A stretch of DNA of 64,000 nt, taken from positions 217,560,001 through 217,624,000 of the forward strand of contig NC_058368.1 in NCBI RefSeq assembly GCF_018350175.1, given 5' to 3'. This DNA is from Felis catus (lineage: Eukaryota). Shown here piece after piece: positions 14,104-24,765 of this stretch. How positions within the stretch are numbered: position 1 is the first letter of the stretch; every line of letters begins with the position of its first letter. The translations under genes and the position numbers were made by a program. The notes under the pieces were generated by a model, which worked only from the letters and a program-made list of their open reading frames with translations, was not told the DNA's origin and searched no databases.

Positions 14104-14696
14104 AGCAAAACTAAAAGATGGCCTACCGAATGGGAGAAGATATTTGCAAATGACGTATTTGTAAAAGGTTAATATCCAAAATATAAAGAGCCTTTACAAC
14201 TCAACACCAACCCCCCCAAATAATCCAATTAAAATGGGCAGAAGACCTGAATAGCCATTTCTCCCAAGAAGACATATAGATGACCAGCAGTCACATGAAA
14301 AGATGCTCAACATTACTCATCATCAGGCAAATGCAAATCAAAACCACAATGAGATACTATCTCACACCTGTCAGATGGCTAAAATAAAAAAAAAAAAACA
14401 GGAAACAACAAGTGCTGGCGAGGATGTAGAGAAAAAGGAACCCTTGTGTGCTGTGTGTGGGAAGGCAAACTGGCACAATCACTGTGGAAAACAGTATGGA
14501 GATTTCTCAAAGAATTAAAAATAGAACTACCATATGATCCAGTAATCACACTAATGGGTATTTATCCAAAGAGTGTGAAAACACTAATTTGAAAGTACAC
14601 GTGTACCATTATGTTTACTGCAGACTTACTTACATTAGCCAAATTATGGAAGCAGCCCAAATGTCCATCGACAGATGAATGGGCATATAATAGTAA

Positions 14697-14728
<32 letters not shown>

Positions 14729-15373
14729 GATAGATAGATAGATACATATATATACATGTATATATATGTATACATATATATGTATATACAACCGGATGGA
14801 TCTAGAGAGTATAATGCTAAGCAAAATAAACCAGTCAGAGAAAGACAAATACCATATGATTTCACTCCTATGTGAATTTTTAAAAAATTTTTTTATTGTT
14901 TATTTATTGTTTAGAGAGACAGAGAGAGAGAGAGACAGCATTTGAGCAGGGGAGGGGCAGAGAGAGAGGAAGACACAGAATCTGAAGAAGTCTCCAGGCT
15001 CTGAGCTGTCAGCACAGAGCCCAATATGGGGTTTGAACTCACAAGCTGGGAGATCATGACCTGAGCCGAAGTCACACACTTGACCTATTGAGCCACCCAG
15101 GCGCCCCACTCATTTGTGGAATTGAAAGAAAGAAACAAAGGGGGGGGGAAGAGAGAGAAACCAAAAAACAGACTCTTAACTATAGAGAACAAATAGATGG
15201 TTACCAGAGGAGAGGAGGGTGGGGGAATGGGTAAAATAGGTGAAGGGGATTAAGAGTACACATCTCTTGATGAGCACTAAGTAATATACAGAATTGTTGA
15301 ATCACTGTAACGTACCCCTGAAACCAATTCAACACTGTATGTTAACTATACTGGAAATAAGTTAAAAATAAAA
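14104..15373 (+). mobile_element. 5'-truncated carnivore L1 (end of ORF2 plus 3'UTR), containing a SINE and a TA/TAGA microsatellite
   Basis: gaatgggagaagatatttgcaaatg, atgcaaatcaaaaccacaatgagatac and agaaagacaaataccatatgatttcactc are L1 3' motifs; ends tgtatgttaactatactggaaataa. 18-bp direct repeat agat(g/a)aggtggaaccatc at 14086-14103 and 15423-15440. Confidence 0.92.
14880..15106 (-). mobile_element. CanSINE nested in the L1 3'UTR
   Basis: SINE body on the minus strand. Degenerate TSD cactcctatgtgaattt / cactcatttgtggaatt. Confidence 0.93.
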
Positions 15374-15745
15374 GAACTTCTGGCCTAAGTGAATTGAAAA
15401 TGAGATCCTGAGGGGGGGGGGGAGATAAGGTGGAACCATCTTCACTAACTGACCTATGATAAACATGCTGTGTGTGTGAGAAACATTATTTTAATATACT
15501 GTTATCATTGCATTAAATAGTCCATTCAAAATTGAATATCCAGAAAATATATCATTTATTTTAAGGGTATCAGCTAATTTAACTCAAAGCACCCTAAAAA
15601 TCCACAATAATACAACATGCACAGCAAGGTAAGTGGAGGAAGTTCAAAGGCATCTGGTAGGACTAGGACAGCTGTGATTTGAAACCAGGCATCCAAGTTC
15701 CAGGGTTAATGCTTTCAAACAATAAGCTGTAATAGTATGAGTCTT

Positions 15746-15966
15746 TTTTTATAAATTTTTTTTCAACGTTTATTTATTTTTGGGACAGAGAGAGACAGAG
15801 CATGAACGGGGGAGGGGCAAAGAGAGAGGGAGACACAGAATCGGAAACAGCCTCCAGGCTCTGAGCCATCAGCCCAGAGCCTGATGCGGGGTTCGAACTC
15901 ACGGACCGCGAGATCGTGACCTGGCTCAAGTCGGACGCTTAACCGACTGCGCCACCCAGGCGCCCC
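15746..15966 (-). mobile_element. Young felid SINEC_Fc
   Basis: CpG-rich ggggcgcctgggtggcgcagtcggttaagcgtccgac...gtcccaaaaataaataaacgttgaaaaaa. Perfect TSD tgtaatagtatgagtctt at 15728-15745 and 15967-15984. Confidence 0.97.
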
Positions 15967-16199
15967 TGTAATAGTATGAGTCTTAAAATGTGAACAGTTT
16001 CCCAGGCCAACTTCGCAGAAAAGTGAAATCAAGATAGATAAAAGGATATTTGCAAATTTATTTGTCACTAACAAAGATTGTAGCATGTCCTAGGAATTAC
16101 ACATTAGACCATTTGAATATTTAGAGGCCATTTGAATAATCCAGGTAAAAGAAAATATATATTTTTTCGAAAAGCATTGCAATATATTAATTACATAGT

Positions 16200-16765
16200 G
16201 AAGGTTATAGTTTCAATCTAATGGTCAATTTCCAGTCCCCATAGTTTTGATCACTTGGCTTGACGCCACTACCTCTTAATATACTTTCGTTTCTGGCATA
16301 AAAAAAAACCCTCCTACTCTCACTCTGTCCTCTCTTCCTATACTCTCCCCTTCACTTATCTTTCTCAGACACAACTAAAACAAGACGGGCACTCCATTGC
16401 TATAGGCTTTTACTCTGGCTGAAAATATTTCCCTTGCATATCTACTTGTATAGTTCCCCTTACTTCGAAGTTTTATTCAAATAACACCTTCCCAATGAGG
16501 CCAACCTGGAATTTCACTTCTCTTCCCTTCCCCAGACCCATATATTCAGATTCCCCTATATTGCTCTACTATTTTTCAATAGCACTGAATACTTTCTCTC
16601 TACTGTTTTCATATTTATTACATTTATTGGGTAGTGTTTATCTTTTCGTGCTTGAATGTAAGTTACACAAGGGCAGAAGTCTTTGTTTGCATCTCAAGCA
16701 TCTAAAGTGTGCTATGCATCTGGCAAAAGTAGGCATCAAATAAATATTTGAAAAATAACTGAATG
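16200..16765 (+). mobile_element. L2 fragments (3' region)
   Basis: cttgaatgtaagttacacaagggcagaagtctttgttt...tctggcaaaagtaggcatcaaataaatatttg...tgaatg resembles an L2 3' end. Confidence 0.6.
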
Positions 16766-16804
16766 GCTCACTTCTAACAGAGTAGAAGTTCATTCAGACT
16801 ATAT

Positions 16805-17215
16805 ATGTACAATCTTACGGACTTCCCTAGATCCAGTCTGAGACTTGGATTTGGATATAGGTGATTGATTGAAAATGTGCTTCTCAGGAGACAACTGTAA
16901 TAAAAGGGAATAAAGCAGGAAAAAGAAAGATCATAGAGACATATTCTCAGATTGAGTATAGCCTTGCCTGATCCACAGAGAGAAGACTCTGGAATACAGT
17001 TGACCCACCTTGAGGCAAAGGATCTATTTGCCCCTCATTGTTACTGATCATAGTGGTGAGTGGAGTAAGTCCCTAGTTTGGTGGTTCTCATCAGTCCAGA
17101 AAATTTCTCAGAAGGAGTTAGCTATAAGCAGGTAGCAGCCATACCTAACAGCTGGCCAGTAAGTAGACTGGCTTGGTAAACAGTATCCGTGTGGAACACA
17201 CAGTGTCTACCACAG
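16805..17215. mobile_element. Ancient ERVL-type LTR (LTR16/LTR33-like)
   Basis: cagtctgagacttggatttggatataggtgattgattgaaaatgtgcttctcaggag motif pattern; family not firmly assigned. Confidence 0.45.
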
Positions 17216-17772
17216 ACTCCAGATTAACACTTTGAATAAACCATGGATGTGCTTATGCCTTTAAAATGGTTACTGTAATAGTTTACAATGACCTTCTCAA
17301 ATCTCATTTATAGTTTCCCAGGCAAATGCATATTGCTTTACTGCACATTAATAGAATATAATTATTTAATGAACTAATCAATAGTTTCAGCTTGAAGGAA
17401 AGGAAGACTATAATTATATATTATTAATCTACTATATTTCAGATTCTTTTTATACACATGGTTTTATTTAATCATTTTATCTCTGTATAAGATAAGCTTA
17501 TGATTCCCATTCCAGATATAATGAAAATAAAACCTAGTTAATAAACTTGCCTAAACTCATTAGGAGAGTGACAAACTCAGAATTTTAATCCATATGTCCT
17601 CCCCGTAGGTTTACTGTTCATTCCAGCCTTCTGCCTAATGTTATTACAAAATTACATATTCTTCAAAATTTAAGTCTTTTTTTCAAATTTTGTAAGTAGT
17701 TCTAAGAAATCTTAACATAGAGTTTATATATTTAAACTGAAAATATATTATATCAATATTTGTACTATTCTC

Positions 17773-17993
17773 GGGGCGCCTGGGTGGCGCAGTCGGTTAA
17801 GCGTCCGACTTCAGCCAGGTCACGATCTGGCGGTCCGTGAGTTCGAGTCCCGCTTCGGGCTGTGGGCTGATGGCTCGGAGCCTGGAGCCTGTTTCTGATT
17901 CTGTGTCTCCCTCTCTCTCTGCCCCTCCCCCGTTCATGCTCTGTCTCTCTCTGTCCCAAAAATAAATAAAAACGTTGAAAAAAAATTAAAAAA
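17773..17993 (+). mobile_element. Young felid SINEC_Fc
   Basis: Near-consensus CpG-rich body. Perfect TSD aatatttgtactattctc at 17755-17772 and 17994-18011. Confidence 0.97.
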
Positions 17994-18129
17994 AATATTT
18001 GTACTATTCTCGAACTGAAATGTAGCATCCCTCCCAATTATGTTTATGGGTATTACTACACAGAAGTATTAGAGGTATCTGTGATTTTATCCTCAGTAGG
18101 AATTAAATATCATACTAAGTGCTTCGTAT

Positions 18130-18375
18130 GTTCATTTTTTTCTTTGACACCATGGTACTAATAGATCTGCTGATGGGTTTTGTAATTTATTGCATTAATC
18201 AAGAAGCATATATATTATTTAACCAAAATCAGTTTTTAAAATGTTTTGGTAGCTGTATTTTAATAGGATTGATTTTCTTTTTAATACTTATGTCTCATAT
18301 CTTAATTAATGATTTAAAAACATTATCCTGTAATCAGATTGACAAAAAGTTTCATGAAACAAAAAGACTGAAATT
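18130..18375 (+). mobile_element. hAT-Charlie (MER113-like) DNA transposon remnant
   Basis: aaaatgttttggtagctgtattttaataggattgattttc...gatttaaaaacattatcctg...catgaaacaaaaagact resembles the MER113-type 3' half. Confidence 0.45.
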
Positions 18376-18402
18376 ATTCTTTAAAATCTAAAATATTCTC
18401 TC

Positions 18403-18530
18403 GTGCTCGCCTTGGCAGTACAGATAGTACAATTCGAACGATACAGAGAAGACTGGCTTGCTTCCTGTGCAGGGAGGACACAGAAATTCATTAAGCATTC
18501 AACATTAAAAAATAATAATAATAAATAAAA
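18403..18530 (+). pseudogene. Processed U6 snRNA pseudogene, full length, with A-rich tail
   Basis: gtgctcgccttggcagtacagatagtacaattcgaacgatacagagaagactggcttgcttcctgtgcagggaggacacagaaattcattaagcattcaacatt (18403-18506) is collinear with U6 (GTGCTCGCTTCGGCAGCAC...GATACAGAGAAGATTAGC...GAAGCGTTCCATATTTT) with many substitutions. A-rich tail at 18507-18530. Confidence 0.92.
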
Positions 18531-19110
18531 TGAAATCCATAATACCCGTGAATATTTGAAATATTTAAAATATTTAATTAAAAATTTTAAAACATTGAAT
18601 AGTTAAAATATTAACTTACCTATGTCTCCACTGTGAAAATTATTATAAATGTCTGGACATTTATGTTATAATTTGCTCTTCCACAGCTATTTAACTTCCC
18701 TTCTTCTCCTCCAGACTGCCAAGCACATCCTACCACTACACCCTTTTGTCCCCATTTTCACCCCTCCCACTCTAAGACATAAGCAGGCCAACAGTTTTGT
18801 CTGAACTACTGGTTTCTAGACCTAACTCAAGAAAGAAGCTCTGTCAAATCAAATACAGTGTTAAATATGGACAATTTTTAGCACTGTGCACTCTTTCTTA
18901 AATGAGAAATACTTAGTGTAGGCTGATGGCATGTGAAACACTCATTAATTTGCATTTGACAGACTCTGATGTTCATTTCTGTCACTGGAAGCTGACGTGA
19001 AACCACAGGCAGGAAATTCACTTATACCTTCTCCACTAATTAAAAATTTGAGATATAAAAATAAGTTTCTCTTTAATTTCCCTGATAGATGACATATTAT
19101 TGAAGAAATT

Positions 19111-19122
19111 CAAGATGTGATA

Positions 19123-19161
<39 letters not shown>

Positions 19162-19380
19162 CACACGTATATTCATACATAATGGAACATTACTAAGCCA
19201 TAAAAAAATGGAAGCTTGCCATTTGTGATGGACGCACAGGGATTTTTACTAAGTGACATAAGTCGGACAGAGAAATGAAAAATGCTGTGTGATTTCACTT
19301 ATATGTGGAATCTAGGAAACAAAAAAAAAAAAACAACAACCAAAGCCCAGTAGAAACAGATTCATAGATACAGGGAACAA
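19111..19380 (+). mobile_element. L1 3' fragment with an internal (CA)n expansion (19124-19166)
   Basis: caagatgtga...aatggaacattactaagccataaaaaaatggaagcttgccatttg...gatttcacttatatgtggaatcta. Confidence 0.8.
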
Positions 19381-19677
19381 AGAAAACATTACTTCTAATG
19401 TCAGCGATCTCTTCGGGGTGTTTCATAAATAAACTTTTTTTATGTATGTAAGACTATATTTCTGGAATGCAAACTCCTCAAGGAGTCTGTTATTCTTTTC
19501 ACCTAGAAAAATGCCTAGAAAAAGAGTAAGCATTTTGTATATATTTGGTAGAAGAATTAATATGTAGATTGTTCTGATGACTTCATCATGTCATTATATT
19601 GCATGTAAGTTGCATGACTTTCTTACCCTTCCCCTTTCATAGACATTTAGTTCATTTCCAAATTTCTCCAATGTTTC

Positions 19678-20125
19678 TGTCAGAATGTTTACAGGCAACA
19701 GATGACATACTCAGTGACTGAGACTGTTGTAATAGACAGTGAGGGCAGTGTTAAAGGCACTAACTAGGGATGGTGGCATGGCAGAATTCACAGCAGCATA
19801 AACTTGTTACCCCTCCTGGATCTACAGGAGGAAGGCGCCGGAGTAGACATTACTTCCGAGAGAGTACCGGTTATTCTAACAGAGCACCAGCTATCTGAAA
19901 GAAGCTGTGGCTCATTGTAAAGAAAAGCAACTGCCCATTAAGGGTGTGGTGTGGAGAAGACTACCTCCAGCTCCTTCTACCCATCATCTCCTGCCTATGC
20001 CTCACACTGGCTAAATGCACCCAAGGACCAGTGAGCCCACTGACACAGTTCCTACAAATTCATCTCCTGCTGCACTGAGCAAAGTAAAAACTGAGAGTGC
20101 GTCTGAAGGTGCAAACATAAAAAGG
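19678..20125. mobile_element. Probable ancient ERVL-type LTR
   Basis: GC-richer block about 450 bp long with an LTR16/LTR67-like look (ggcaacagatgacatactca...actaactagggatggtg); not firmly assigned. Confidence 0.35.
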
Positions 20126-21361
20126 TCCAGTACATCTCATACTAAACAATGCTTTGATAAATATGGTTATACCCAAGCCTCTCTTTCAAATGCCTAATTT
20201 CTTAAGAAACTTTCTTAGAATTTTATTCATTAAACACTGTAAACCATTCTAAGGCTTTGATCCTTATTCACAAATTACTTTCAACAAAATTTTATGCATT
20301 TTACTCTCATCATTAATAATATTCTTCTTTTTGTATACCAAGGACTATGCCCACCCTGCTATGCCTTAACAGCACTCAGGACTATTCTTGCTTTTTTCAG
20401 AATTTTGGCTTTCATTGTCAAATATTAAGCCAGGTAACCTTAAACCTTAATTATAAAATTTGCATTTTCTTACCTTCCATTGAGACTGAAACTGTATTCT
20501 TATTTTTGTACTGCATGTGTAATTTCAACCACTCTTATGGCTTTAATAACCCTGGAATGCACTGGTGAAACTCAATAGTCTCAGTCAGTCCTGACAATTC
20601 CTTAAATTCCAGACTTGAATGTCCAAATGCTTGTGGATTATCTCCACTTGGATATTGAATAAAGCATGTTCTAAATCAAAACCTTGATTCCCTAATTCCT
20701 CATACAACCTAAACTTCTCCAGCGCCTCTAATGGGCAAATGGCGGCTCTAATCGGATGTTCAAGCCAAAGCCTTGGATTCATTCCTACCTACTCCACTTC
20801 TGTTCATTTCATCCCAATGAGAACATTCACTTATCAGGATTATTTGGATCACCTCACCATTTTCTCTGTCTCCTTTCTTTCCTTATAAAATCTATTTTCC
20901 CATACGCCAGAGTTACCCATTTAACATTAAGTTATGTCAGAATCCTCCGCAGCCACAAACCCTCCTGTGATTTCAATATTATGAAGGTTAAGACTCCTTA
21001 TCATGGCTTGTAAGACTCTAGAAGTCTGTTGCCTCTTGAATCTCATAGCCTAGAATTATCCCCTTGTTCACTCAGCTGTAGATACATTTATGTCCTTTCT
21101 ATGACATGAAGGCTTCTAACATGAACATGCTTTCTTCCCCTACCCCTTCCCTGCTAAGTGTTTGCATTTTGTTAGTTCCTTTCTCTGGAACACTGTTCCC
21201 ATTGAAATCCTCATAACTATCTCCCTAAGTCCCTTCAGCTTTATGCTCAAATATCACTGTAATCTAGAATCCCCCTCTTTGATCATATTATCAAAAGTAA
21301 CAGAACCTTCCCCAACACACATAATTTATCCCCTCTATCTGTTAAACTCACTTTATTTTTC

Positions 21362-23215
21362 TTAAACTTTATTTTTAGAATAGTTTCAGATTCACTGAAA
21401 AATAAAGAATGTAGAACATAATGTTCCAATACATGCTTTACCTAGTTCCATTTACTATTAACATATGATGTTAGTATAATATATAACTTTTTATAATAAA
21501 TGGATCTATTTTGATATATTGCTATTATTGAAGTCCGTACTTTATTAAGGTTTCCTTTGTATCTAATAATTTTTCTGTTTCAGAATTCCATCTAGGATAT
21601 TACATTTCATTAGTAGTCATGTGTTCTTAGGCTTCCCTTGGCAAAGACAGTTTCTCAGACTTCTCTTGCTTTTGATGACCTAGATGGTTTTGGGGAGAAC
21701 TGGCCAGGTATTGTGTTGGGAGGCCTTCTATTGGAATCTGTCTAATGTTCTTCTGTAATTAGCCTGAGTCTGGCTTGGAGGAGAAGGCCACGGAGGTAAA
21801 GTGCCATTTTCCTGATATTGTGTCAAGGGTACTTAACATCAGCTTGATTTTATATTGTTGATATTGACCTTGATACCTGGCTGAGATAGTGTTTCTCAGG
21901 TTTCTACACACAAAAAAAATGCATAAAAATAATAAATAATAAATAAAATAAAATAAAAGTACTTGTTTCTTCTGGGGCACTTGGGTGGCTTAGGTGGTTA
22001 AGTGTCCTACTCTTGATTTCAGCTCAGGTCATGATCTCAGGGTTCATGGGTTCGAGCCCTGTGTCAGGTTCCGTGCTGGCAGTGCAGAGCCTGCTTGGGA
22101 TACTCTCGCTCCCCTTCTCTCTCTGCCCCTCCCCCCTCAAAATAAATTAATAAAGTTAAAAAGACCAATTGTTTCTTCCAATTTTCATACTATACTCTTT
22201 GGAAGGAAGTTACTATGTACATCACACACTTACGTAGTGGGAATGTAGAATCTTCCTGCTTGAGGGCAGAGTTTCTATATAAATATTTGGAACTCATATT
22301 AAGGGAGATTTGTCTTCTCTTCCTCACTCATGTATTGATTGAATCATTTATTTATATCAATCTGAATGCATGGATATTTATTTTACCCATGTAATTATAA
22401 TGTAATATTTTAGTTTCTTGCTCAAATTAATCCAGTTTTGGCCATTGAGACATTTTTTTTTTGTTCTGTGAGCTTTTGAAATACCCCTGTCAATGGTATG
22501 TTTTTGGTGTTTGTGTGTTTGTTAAGCAGCCCTTTACTTCCACACCTTGCAAGATGCTCCCAGCTCATGTTATATGTTTCTTGGTCTAGTCCTAGAGCCA
22601 GCTATTTCCCCCAAGGAGATCTGGTTCACTTAATTGGAAAACTGTATTAGAAACCAAGATCTGGGTGCTAGGTTTATTGGTACTGGGTGGCAATGCGCTA
22701 GGCCATCTTGGCTGACAGAAAAACAAACAAACAAATATTCTATACAAAATTGTACATATGCACACATCTATAAATATTTCAATATGTAGCCATCTGTAAC
22801 TATATCAAAGTATACAACTTTTTCTTAATGCCTCCAATTCTAATCCATCACCACATGAATTTCACTGTTCTCCTCCTTTTGCTTATCTGCAAATTCCCAT
22901 AACAACAGTAAGAAGCCGGACTCCCAATATCTGTCATCTATTTACTTAATTGTTCAGTTTCAGTATACATGTGTAGCAGCATGAGACTTGTTAACCTATA
23001 TCCTCAGGAGAAGCAACTTTATTAACTAGAATGCAGTTTGTTGAGAAAGCTATCTTTTCTCCCCTGAATTGCCTTTGCCTTGTTATCAAATATTAGTTTA
23101 CTGAATTTTTGTGGATCAAATTCTCTACTCTATTCAATTGTATGTATGTGTCTATTCTTTTGCCAAAATCATGCTGCCTTGATCAGTGTAAATTTATAGT
23201 AAGTTTTGGAATTGT
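21362..23215 (-). mobile_element. Ancient L1M (L1MC/MD-like) 3' fragment
   Basis: aaactttatttttagaatagtttcagattcactgaaaaat terminus, acagtttctcagacttctcttgcttttgatgacct, and ORF2-like tttgttgagaaagctatcttttctcccctgaattgcctttg near 23040. Confidence 0.75.
21974..22165 (+). mobile_element. CanSINE nested in the old L1
   Basis: ggggcacttgggtggcttaggtggttaag.... TSD ttgtttcttc at 21963-21972 and 22169-22178. Confidence 0.93.
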
Positions 23216-23450
23216 GTGCCACTTTATTTGTTTGTTGTTGATGACTATTTGTCCTCTGCTAACATTTCTACAAGGTAAGGTACTTTAATTCATTACCGTA
23301 TCATCAGTGTCTAGAACAGTGTTTGCATGATTTTTTACCAGTTTTTCTTAGACAGTGAATGAATAAATGCCCACAATTCATTGGCGCTTCTTTTTAAATA
23401 CTTACATAAGTCCACTACTTTGTTACTAGTTTTGAAGAATATTTTCATTT

Positions 23451-23488
23451 CTTTAAACTTTTTTTTATTTTTTAAAGTTTATTTTTGA
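23451..23488 (-). mobile_element. Tail-only (about 40 bp) CanSINE-like insertion
   Basis: Minus strand tctcaaaaataaactttaaaaaataaaaaaaa resembles a SINEC 3' end. Direct repeat gaagaatatttt at 23434-23445 and 23489-23500. Confidence 0.65.
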
Positions 23489-23721
23489 GAAGAATATTTT
23501 ATTTATCAATGATACTGCCTCATTCTCTATAAAGCTTGTTGCTGTCTTTTTCCCCCTCCTTTTCTCATGTATTTAAGAAGTTCACCAGATTGTGAGATGT
23601 GTTGAGACTTAAGTGCTCTTCTGTCTCCTACAGAAATTGAACTGCTCTTTCCCACATAAAGCCCTCGCTTCATCTGACTTGCTGCATTGTTCACAGACTC
23701 TCTGTTGTGCTTGGTGAGGTG

Positions 23722-23776
23722 TTTTTTTGTTTTGTTTTGTTTTGTTTTGTTTTGTGTTGTGCTGTTTTGTGTTTTT
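23722..23776. repeat. (GTTTT)n pentanucleotide tract
   Basis: Direct reading. Confidence 0.85.
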
Positions 23777-24382
23777 CCCTCAGCTGAAAGTGTTATTGCA
23801 TGTGCTCCTGTGATAGGATGGTGTGGATTCCCATGGGCCTTCGTATAGCCCAATTTCATGCTGTATACTATGTCATTTCCTCATACCAACGTGGAAATGT
23901 TTAATCTAGTTACTAGTGTTTTAAGAACATATTGACTGAAAATGTCATTTGTTTATGACACTATCAAATTCTACCTGCCCCCCACACCAATAATACCTCA
24001 TTAGCCAACATTTTAAACAAGTCCTGAACATGGACCTCTCTCACTTAGCTGTTCCATCTCTCACACTAAGTTGCTTATAAGGCATATCTACAAATTAAAA
24101 TATATACAAACTAACACCCCCTAAATTGTCTCCTTTCCCTCCCAGCCCTGTTATATATCGAATAGATATAATAGTATCGGAACAAACTTCAAGGGGGGTA
24201 TAAAAGGATTATACATAAGTTTTGATCCTTGTGATCCCCATTCAGGGGACCAACACTGGGGAAAAGTGCCTATTCTTTTAATTGAAAGTCATTGCCTTTT
24301 TCATATATAACAGGGAGTTATCAACCATTATTTATTTTCCTAATCTAGTCTCACTAACCTTATAGATTGTGATTATCTTTCT

Positions 24383-24609
24383 TTTTTTTTTTTAATTTTT
24401 TTTTCAACGTTTTTATTTAGTTTTGGGACAGAGAGAGACAGAGCATGAACGGGGGAGGGGCAGAGAGAGAGGGAGACACAGAATCGGAAACAGGCTCCAG
24501 GCTCCGAGCCATCAGCCCAGAGCCTGACGCGGGGCTCGAACTCACGGGCCACGAGATCGTGACCTGGCTGAAGTCGGACGCTTAACCGACTGCGCCACCC
24601 AGGCGCCCC
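24383..24609 (-). mobile_element. Young felid SINEC_Fc
   Basis: CpG-rich near-consensus body with a long T tail. Perfect TSD tgtgattatctttct at 24368-24382 and 24610-24624. Confidence 0.97.
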
Positions 24610-24656
24610 TGTGATTATCTTTCTAAAATTCTGGAAATATGGTCTTTACATCTCTT

Positions 24657-24661
<5 letters not shown>

Positions 24662-24707
<46 letters not shown>
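24662..24707. repeat. (TA)23 microsatellite
   Basis: Direct reading. Confidence 0.97.
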
Positions 24708-24714
<7 letters not shown>

Positions 24715-24765
24715 TTTATATATGTCTTTATATTCTATTATGTACAATGTTATAATTGTTATTTT

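Larger units (their letters stand above)
12085..15540 (+). mobile_element. Ancient MaLR (MLT1J-like) relic: LTR ~12085-12470, internal region ~12471-13823, second LTR ~13824-14103 plus ~15423-15540, interrupted by an L1
   Basis: Both LTR-like blocks share ccaaatatttct/ccagatatttct...tgaa(t/g)ttagaca...(c/g)(c/t)ca(t/a)tgaaa motifs. The internal part starts with an MLT-int-like aaatcctaaaatttgtagcatt. Confidence 0.6.
20540..23370 (+). mobile_element. L2 element (about 20540-21361 and 23216-23370) split by an old L1
   Basis: ccagacttgaatgtccaaatgcttgtggattatctccacttggatatt (L2 ORF region); 3' end gtatcatcagtgtctagaacagtg...gaatgaataaatg. Confidence 0.65.

Noticed and set aside
17773..17850. 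tRNA-like A/B box sequence as a tRNA gene
   Set aside because: It is the tRNA-derived head of a CanSINE, continuing into the CT-rich body and A-tail within TSDs.
24199..24206. TATA-like tataaaag
   Set aside because: Expected by chance in AT-rich DNA; no CpG island or other promoter evidence nearby.
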